The notes under the pieces were generated by a model, which was not told the origin of the DNA, did not search any database, and saw only the letters and a list, made by a program, of their open reading frames with translations. 64,000 bases of DNA, taken from an uncultured Actinomycetota bacterium. GTDB lineage: Bacteria > Actinomycetota > CALGFH01. Below are positions 57,426 through 64,000 of the stretch, in pieces. Positions within the stretch are counted from its first letter, which is position 1, and each line of letters opens with the position of its first letter. Made by a program: the position numbers and the translations under genes. Location: assembly GCA_963733175.1 (NCBI GenBank), contig CAVTCL010000013.1, forward strand, positions 441 through 64,440, in the 5' to 3' direction.

Positions 57426-59241
57426 GGGTCCTCACCCTGGGTCGCCTCGGCCTGCTCGTAGGCCCGGACCAGGCGGGCGTAGCCGGGGGTGGTGGCCAGC
57501 AGCCGGTCGTGGTCGCCGTCGGCGACCAGGCGGCCGTCCTCCAGGTACAGCACCCGGTCGGCCAGGGCGATGGTGGCCAGCCGGGAGGCGACCACCACGG
57601 TGGTGGTGGAGGGCAGGTGCCCTTCCAGGCCGCCGAGGATGGCCGCCTCGGTCACCGGGTCGACGCTGGAGGTGGCGTCGTCCAGCACCAGCAGCCGGGG
57701 CCGACCGGCCAGGGCGCGGGCCAGGGCGACCCGCTGGCGCTGGCCGCCGGACAGGGTCGCCCCGCGCTCGCCGACCACCGTGTCGTAGCCGTCGGGCAGG
57801 CGGGCCACGAACTCGTCGGCCTGGGCCAGCCGTCCCGCCTCGGGGACACCGAATTGACCGTTTTCCGGGGGGCTATCCTTGAGCCCCCGGCCCCCGGTCG
57901 CTCCAGCTGGATGTTGTCGGCCACCGAGACCGAGAACAGGAACGGCTCCTGGAAGGCGATCGACACCGACCCGGCCAGCTCCCCGCCGTCCAGCGCGGCC
58001 AGGTCGCGGCCGCCGAGCCGGATGCCGCCCCGGTCGGGGGTGAGCAGGCGGGCCAGCAGCAGGGCCAGGGTCGACTTGCCGGACCCGGTGGGGCCGACCA
58101 GGGCGACGGTGCTCCCGGCCGGGACCCGGAACGACACCTCGTGCAGCACCTCGGCGCCGGGCTCGTAGCCGTAGCCGAGCCGGTCAACCTCCAGCTCCAG
58201 CGGGCCACCGGGCAGCTCCTGGCCGCCCGCCGGGGCGGCGGGCAGCGGCTCGGCCAGCACCTCGGCGACCCGCTCGTAGCCGGCCACCGCCCTCGGCATG
58301 TCCCCGAGCACGTACCCGATCAGGCGCAGCGGCCAGATCAGCAGGGCGAACAGGTTGATCAGGCCGACCAGGGTGCCGGCGGTGATCGCCCCCTGCTCGA
58401 TCCGCCAGACGCCGACCACCAGCAGGGCCACGGTGGTCACGGCGGGCAGGGCGTCCAGGCTGGCCTCGAAGTTGGCGGTGACCCGGGCGGCCTCGATGCG
58501 GGCGTCGCGCAGCAGCTCGGCCTTGTCGGCGAAGCGCCGGCCCTCGGCCTCCTCGGCCTGGAGGGCCTTGACCACCAGGGCGCCGTCGAAGCTCTCGTGG
58601 GCCACCGCCGACACGTCCCCCAGGCGCTCCTGGCCGAGGGTGGTCGGGTGCTCGACCCGGCGCTGGAAGACCAGGTTCATGGCCAGGATGGCCGGGACCA
58701 CGAGCACGCCAAGGGCGGCCAGGAACAGGTCGGCCAGGAACAGCCAGACCGCGGCCGCGCCCAGCATGGTCAGCACCCCGGTGGCGAACGGCAGCGGCGA
58801 CAGGATCTCGGAGGCGGCGTCCAGGTCGCCCTCGGCCCGCGACAGCAGCTCGCCCGCCGGGTGCCGGTGGTGCCAGGTCAGCGGCAGCCGGTGGTAGCGC
58901 TCGGCCAGCCGCTCGCGCAGGGTCGCCTGCACGCCGGCATGGACGATCGTGGCCGCGATCCGGCGGGTGATGATGCCGACCGTCTTGACCAGCCCGACGG
59001 CCACGATCGCGCAGGCGGCGGCCACGGCCACCCCGGCCCGGAGCTGGCCGGTCTCGAACCGGGGGGTCACCGCCCGGTCGACCACCTGGCCGAGCACCCA
59101 CGACTGGGCGACCGTGCCCAGGGCGTACACCGCCGCCCCGGCCACGGCGATCACGAAGGGCCGCGGGTGCAGCGCGACCTGCCGGCTGATCACGCGCAGG
59201 CCACGGCGGAGCAGGCGTCCCTGGGGGGCTGTGGTCGTCAC
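57422..59241 (-). pseudogene. ABC exporter, fused permease and ATPase, partner of 55620..57425 (one frame change as assembled)
   Basis: GTG 59241 overlaps the M20 stop (GTGA). TM domain, GPTGSGKSTL...ADNIQLERPGAGG, then LKDSPPENGQFGVPEAGRLAQADEFVARLPDGYDTVVGERGATLSGGQRQRVALA in another frame. The junction is the CCCCC run at 57884-57888. Confidence 0.8.
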
Positions 59242-60638
59242 CCGGCCATGGTGCCGGAAGACCCCTGGTCCGATAAACCGAGTTTCGCGAGCACGGCGGC
59301 GGCCGTCTTGATGCCGGTGTGGAACCGGTCCAGGTCGAGGTTCTCGTCGGGCGCGTGGTTGGCCTGGTCGGGGTTGCCGAGCGGGATCCCGAAGGTGGGC
59401 AGGCCCAGCACCCCGGTGAACACGTGCAGGGGGAGGCTGCCCCCGAGCACGGGGACGAGCAGGGGGTCGGTCCCCTGGGCGGCGGCCATGGCGGCGCGGA
59501 TGGGGGCGGTGAACGGCGAGTCCATGGGGGTCCGCGACGGCTCCATCGAGCCCTGGCGCTGGAGCTCGACCCCGGGGGCGTGCCGGGCCACGTGGGCCTC
59601 GAGCTTGGCGTAGACGTCGGCCGCCCGCTGGGCGTGGACCAGGCGCACGTCGCACTTGGCAGCGGCCGCCGAGGGCAGCACGGTCTGGGTTCCCTGGCCG
59701 CCGTAGCCGCCGTGGAGGCCGTTGATGGTGAGGGTCGGCCAGGCGGCCAGCCGCTCGGCGAAGCCCCGCCCGGCGGGCGCGTCCAGCTCGGCCAGCCCCA
59801 GGTCGGCCTTGACCGCCTCGACGTCCACCGGCAGCCGTTCCAGCGCTTCCCGCTCGGCCGCCCCCAGCGGCTCGATGTCGTCGCTGAACCCCTCGACCGT
59901 GATCCGTCCCTGGTCGTCGCGCATCGAGGCCAGCAGGTGGACCAGCGTCCACAGCGGGTTGGGGGCGACCCCGCCCCAGTTGCCCGAGTGCAGCGACCGG
60001 TTGGCCCCCCTGGCCCGCAGCTCGAAGCTGGCGATCCCCCTGACCCCGAACACCAGCCGCCAGCCGCCGCCCGGGTCGACCGGCCCGTCGCTCCAGACGA
60101 CCAGGTCGGCGGCGAGCCGCCCCCGCTGGCCGGCCGCGAAGGCGGCCAGGTTGGGCGAGCCGATCTCCTCCTCGCCGTCCAGCAGCACCTTGACCGTGCA
60201 GGGCAGCTCGCCCCTGGTCGCCAGCAGGCTCTCGATGGCCAGGAGCTGGGCCAGGTGCTGGCCCTTGTTGTCGGCCGTGCCGCGGCCGTACAGGCGGCCG
60301 TCGCGGACCTCGGGCTCGAACGGCGGGCTGGTCCAGGCGTCCAGGGGGTCGGGCGGCTGCACGTCGTAGTGGCCGTACACGAGCACCGTGGGGGCGCCGG
60401 GCGGGCCGGCGCGGTGGCCGAGGACCAGCGGCCAGCCGGCGGTCTCGGCCACCGCCGCCTCCAGGCCGGCGGCGGCGACCAGGTCGCGGGCGTGGCCGGC
60501 CGCGGAGGGCATGCCCTGGCCGGTGGCGCTCACGCTGGGGGTCCGCACCCAGGCGGCCAGGCGCTCCACGAACGCCTCCCGGTTGGCGTCGACGTGGGCG
60601 AACACGTCGTCCAGGCGGTCCGGGCCGGTCCCGCTCAC
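59238..60638 (-). CDS. M20 family metallopeptidase (dipeptidase type)
   Basis: GTG 60638 overlaps the SBP stop (GTGA). YGHYDVQPPDP, GRGTADNKGQ and LDGEEEIGS motifs. Intact, 466 aa. Confidence 0.85.
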   Translation of the reverse strand: MSGTGPDRLDDVFAHVDANREAFVERLAAWVRTPSVSATGQGMPSAAGHARDLVAAAGLEAAVAETAGWPLVLGHRAGPPGAPTVLVYGHYDVQPPDPLDAWTSPPFEPEVRDGRLYGRGTADNKGQHLAQLLAIESLLATRGELPCTVKVLLDGEEEIGSPNLAAFAAGQRGRLAADLVVWSDGPVDPGGGWRLVFGVRGIASFELRARGANRSLHSGNWGGVAPNPLWTLVHLLASMRDDQGRITVEGFSDDIEPLGAAEREALERLPVDVEAVKADLGLAELDAPAGRGFAERLAAWPTLTINGLHGGYGGQGTQTVLPSAAAAKCDVRLVHAQRAADVYAKLEAHVARHAPGVELQRQGSMEPSRTPMDSPFTAPIRAAMAAAQGTDPLLVPVLGGSLPLHVFTGVLGLPTFGIPLGNPDQANHAPDENLDLDRFHTGIKTAAAVLAKLGLSDQGSSGTMAG

Positions 60639-62348
60639 GGGGTGTTGGGGTCGAGCCAGAGGTTGGTGATGTCGGGGTTGGCCAGCCAGGGGGTGAAGGT
60701 CCAGTTCCGGACCCGGGAGGACCAGAAGAAGGCCTCCCGGTCGTAGACCAGCGGCGCCCAGGCCGCGTCCTCCATCACCAGCCGGTCGATCTGGCCCCAC
60801 AGGGCGGCGCGGGCCTGGTCGTCGCGGGTGCGCGTAGGCCTGGTCGATCAGGGCGTTGACCTTGGGGTTGTCGTAGCTGCCGTAGTTGTTGTTGGTGGTC
60901 GGCGTGATCGGGCGGCCGTCGAGCAGGACCCCGATGATCGAGCGGCTGCCGTTGCCGGGGACGTCGGGGCAGACGCGGGCCGCGCCCAGGTGGTGCTCGT
61001 CGCGCTTGGACCGCAGGCGCAGCGACTTCGGGTAGACGTCGAGCCCGTCGTAGAAGGTCGGGTCGAGCCGGATCCCGGCCCGGGCCAGCGACGACCGCAG
61101 CGCCTCGTACAGGGCCTTCCACTTCGGCGACGACTGGCCGGCGTAGGTCAGCCGCACGCCGTCGGGATAGCCGGCCTTGGCCAGCAGCTCCCGCGCCTTG
61201 TCGGGGTCGCCGGTGGCGTCCTGGGACGGGTACAGGTCGAAGGCGCTGTGGCCGGCCAGGGTGGGGGAGAGGACGGTGGAGGCCGGCTCGCCGGCGTAGC
61301 GGCCCCCGATGGCCAGCACCACCGCCTGGCGGTCGATGGCGTAGTTGACCGCCTGGCGCACCGCCAGCGACGTGGTCGGCCCGGCGTCCATCTGCAGGGT
61401 CAGGTAGTGGACGCAGCCGGTCGTCTCGACCGCCAGCCGCCTGGCCAGCGCCGGGTCGTCGGACAGCCGCTGCAGGTCGCCGACGGGCGGGGGCACGGCG
61501 TCGAGGTTGAGGTCGGCCACCCCGTCCTCGATGGCCTGCTGGATCTCGGTCTCGGAGCGGCCGATGGTCACGCTGACCTTGTCGACCCAGGCGCTGCGCA
61601 GCGGGTCGGTCCGCGGGTCCCAGTTCTCGTTGCGGACCAGCTCGATCACCCGGCCGGGGGTGTACCGCTTGAGCTTGTAGGGCCCCGACGCGATCAGGTG
61701 GCGGCCGTAGTCCTCGCCCGGCTCGTACTCGGAGGCGTACTCCTCGGGCACCGGCGAGAAGAACGGCAGGGTGAGGAGGCTGGGGAAGTCGCTGGCCGGC
61801 TGGTCGAGGGTGATCTGGAGGGTGTGGCCGCTCGGCCCGCATGCCCGAGATCGTGCTGCGCCTTGCCGGCGGCGAAGTCGTCGGCCCCGCGGATCAGCCG
61901 CGCGTAGGGGTTGGGGGAGCGGGTGCTCGGGGTCGAGCTGGCGCTCGATCGCGTAGACGAAGTCCTTGGCCAGGACCTCGCGGTCGACCGGCGGGGCGTA
62001 CTTGACGCCGCGGCGGAGCCGGAAGGTGTAGGTGCGGCCGTCGTCCGAGAGCTGGTACGGCCCGTCGGCCAGGTCGGGCACGGGCTCGAGCGAGCGCTCG
62101 CCCTCGACGCGGCTGTCGAAGGAGTACAGCTCCCTGACCATGCCGCGGAGCAGGGCGAAGTCGAAGGCGGCGTAGGCCAGGCCCGGGTCGAGCGCCTCGA
62201 CGTCGCTGTGGCTGAAGACCCGCAGCGTCCCCCGCTTGACCCCCCGGCTCGGCCCGCCGTCGCCGGCGTCGACGGTGCCGCCGTCGTCGCAGGCCGCGGC
62301 CAGCAGGACGAGGGCGGCGAGCAGCGACACCCACCTGGCGGTCTTCAT
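60635..62348 (-). pseudogene. Peptide/nickel ABC transporter substrate-binding lipoprotein, family 5 (four frame changes as assembled)
   Basis: MKTARWVSLLAALVLLAAAC lipobox. DPEHP, then SPNPYARLIRGADDFAAGKAQH, then ISGMRAE, then GHTLQITLDQ: three shifts near 61920, 61852 and 61830. Later ...DQAYAH is followed by RDDQARAALWGQIDRLVMEDAAWAPLVY...LDPNTP in a different frame, with the junction near 60828. Confidence 0.8.
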
Positions 62349-62391
62349 CACACGACAATGATGCCGTGTCCGCCGGCACCTTCCGCCGCGA

Positions 62392-63423
62392 CTAGAGCAG
62401 GCTGCGCGGCTCGGCGAAGTGGCAGGCCACCGGGTGGCCCTGGCCGCGGTCGACCAGCTCCGGCTCCTGCTCGGCGCAGATGTCCTGGGCCTTCCAGCAG
62501 CGGGTGCGGAAGCGGCAGCCGGACGGCGGGTTCACCGGGCTGGGCACGTCGCCCTCGAGCACGATGCGGCGCCGCTGGCGCTCCAGCTTGGGGTCGGGGA
62601 TCGGCACGGCCGACAGCAGCGCCTGGGTGTAGGGATGGCTGGCCCGCTCGTAGATGTGGTCGCGGGGGCCGATCTCGACGATCTTGCCCAGGTACATGAC
62701 GGCGACCCGGTCGCAGATGTGGCGCACCACCGACAGGTCGTGGGCGATGAACACGTACGACAGGCCCAGCCGCTCCTGGAGCTCCTCGAGCAGGTTGACC
62801 ACGCCGGCCTGGATGGACACGTCCAGGGCCGACACCGGCTCGTCCAGGACCAGCACCTTGGGCTCGAGGGCGAGGGCCCTGGCGATGCCGATGCGCTGGC
62901 GCTGGCCGCCGGAGAACTCGTGGGCGTAGCGGTTGCCGTGCTCGGGGTTGAGGCCGACCACGGTGAGCAGCTCCCGGACCCGCTCCCTGCCCTGGCGCTT
63001 GAACAGCCCGTGGATGATCAGCGGCTCGGCCACGATGTCGTTGACCGGGATCCTCGGGTTGAGCGAGGCGTACGGGTCCTGGAACACGACCTGGAGGTCG
63101 CGGCGGATGCTCCGCATCTGCTTGCGGGTCTTGCCGACCAGCTCCTCGCCCTCGAACTTGACCGACCCCGAGGTCGGCGGGCTGAGCTGGAGGATGGCCT
63201 TGCCGGTGGTCGACTTGCCGCAGCCCGACTCGCCGACCAGCCCGAGGGTCTCGCCCCGGTCCAGGTGGAAGGTCAGGTCGCAGGCCGCGTGGACGTCGCC
63301 GATCCGGCGCCGGACCACGCCCCCGCCCATCAGCGGGTAGTGCTTGACCAGGTTGGTGACCTCGAGGATCCGGTCGCCGGAGCCGTCCTTGGTCCCGGCC
63401 GCCTGGGGGGTGGTCTGGGTCAT
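62392..63423 (-). CDS. Oligopeptide/dipeptide ABC transporter ATP-binding domain (OppF/DppF-like); possibly the C-terminal half of a fused dual-ATPase protein
   Basis: 343-aa ORF from ATG 63423. GESGCGKST, FSGGQRQRIGIA and the C-terminal oligopeptide-ABC motif. The frame upstream of the ATG is open with G/C-rich third positions (PEEEAEERA). Confidence 0.85.
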   Translation of the reverse strand: MTQTTPQAAGTKDGSGDRILEVTNLVKHYPLMGGGVVRRRIGDVHAACDLTFHLDRGETLGLVGESGCGKSTTGKAILQLSPPTSGSVKFEGEELVGKTRKQMRSIRRDLQVVFQDPYASLNPRIPVNDIVAEPLIIHGLFKRQGRERVRELLTVVGLNPEHGNRYAHEFSGGQRQRIGIARALALEPKVLVLDEPVSALDVSIQAGVVNLLEELQERLGLSYVFIAHDLSVVRHICDRVAVMYLGKIVEIGPRDHIYERASHPYTQALLSAVPIPDPKLERQRRRIVLEGDVPSPVNPPSGCRFRTRCWKAQDICAEQEPELVDRGQGHPVACHFAEPRSLL

Positions 63424-64000
63424 CGCGCGCTCCTCCGCCTCCTCCTCCGGCCTCGGCCCGGTCGAGCTCGGCCTTGGCCTGCTCCAGGTCGCCGAGCTGG
63501 TCGAGCTGCTCGATGGCCTGGGTGTCGGTCTCGGCCGTCTCGAACACCTCGGCGGCGGCGACGTCGCCGGCCAGCTCCTCGGCGTAGTGGCAGGCGGCGA
63601 CGTGGTCCACGCCGGCCACCGACCGCAGCGCCGGCTCCTCGGCGTCGCAGTGGGGGCGGCTCATCGGGCAGCGGGGCGAGAACGGGCAGCCCGGGGGCAG
63701 GTTGATCAGCGACGGCGGCGCCCCCCGGATGGGGGTGAGCGGCTCGTCGCCCGTCTGGTCGAGGCGGGGCAGGCTCCCGAGCAGGCCGAGCGTGTAGGGC
63801 ATCCTCGGGTCGTAGTAGATGGCGTCGGTCTCGCCGATCTCGACCGGCTTGCCGGCGTACATGACCAGCACCCGGTGGGCCATGCCGGCCACCACCCCGA
63901 GGTCGTGGGTGATGAGCACGATCCCGGCCGAGGTGTTCTCCTGCACCCGGCGCAGGGTGTCGAGCACCTGGGCCTGGACGGTCACGTCCAGGGCGGTGGT
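63424..64000 (-). CDS. Oligopeptide/dipeptide ABC transporter ATP-binding domain (OppD/DppD-like), 5' end beyond window
   Basis: ...ALDVTVQAQVLDTLRRVQENTSAGIVLITHDLGVVAG...PPGCPFSPRCP... followed by an acidic linker. There is no in-frame stop before the OppF-like ATG as assembled. Confidence 0.8.

Noticed and set aside
59238-62351. Single 1037-aa fusion of peptide-binding protein and M20 peptidase
   Set aside because: The SBP C-terminus (…WLANPDITNLWLDPNTP) continues in another frame to a TGA that overlaps a GTG start for the M20 gene (GTGA). These are two genes; the continuous ORF is a by-product of the frame change near 60828.

Overview
This is a high-GC (about 70-73% by eye) actinobacterial chromosomal segment, densely coding on both strands with about 65 protein genes. 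I recognised no rRNA, tRNA, CRISPR array, transposase, integrase or phage gene. Actinobacterial hallmarks include groEL behind a perfect CIRCE element, a WhiB-type regulator, gpgS/otsA, RipA-like and M15-like coiled-coil wall hydrolases, a class F sortase and an ECF sigma factor fused to its own zinc-finger, transmembrane (TM) and Ig-like extension. Many very long ORFs in the six-frame track (for example 3107..6919, 22521..27077, 7098..10199, 29609..32110) are stop-poor off-frame or antisense artefacts of the GC content. Genes were called from family motifs, G/C-rich third codon positions, RBS and start context, and start/stop overlaps.

Main observations:
1. About 36 frame changes are confined to about 18 genes, while about 45 neighbouring genes, including several of 1.3-1.9 kb, are intact. 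Several changes lie in C/G homopolymers or next to GATC, and some are locally compensated. Assembly error versus selective pseudogenisation cannot be decided from the sequence.
2. A clear SAM-I riboswitch precedes a zinc-ribbon ThrC-like enzyme, suggesting a methionine rather than threonine role.
3. A translationally coupled operon encodes a LarE-like protein (CxxC+C type), a small NIL protein and an MFS transporter.
4. A plus-strand envelope block (29.1-36.6 kb) runs: fused ECF sigma/anti-sigma, proline-rich anchored protein, class F sortase, MerR, VIT-VWA protein, membrane protein.
5. A lower-GC, heavily decayed TetR / 2x SnoaL-like / PhzF islet lies at 25.9-28.5 kb.
6. A minus-strand peptide import / peptidase / exporter super-operon spans 53.7-64 kb.
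7. Several perfect palindromes and direct repeats in promoter regions look like operator sites.

All coordinates of frame changes and regulatory sites were read by eye and are approximate.
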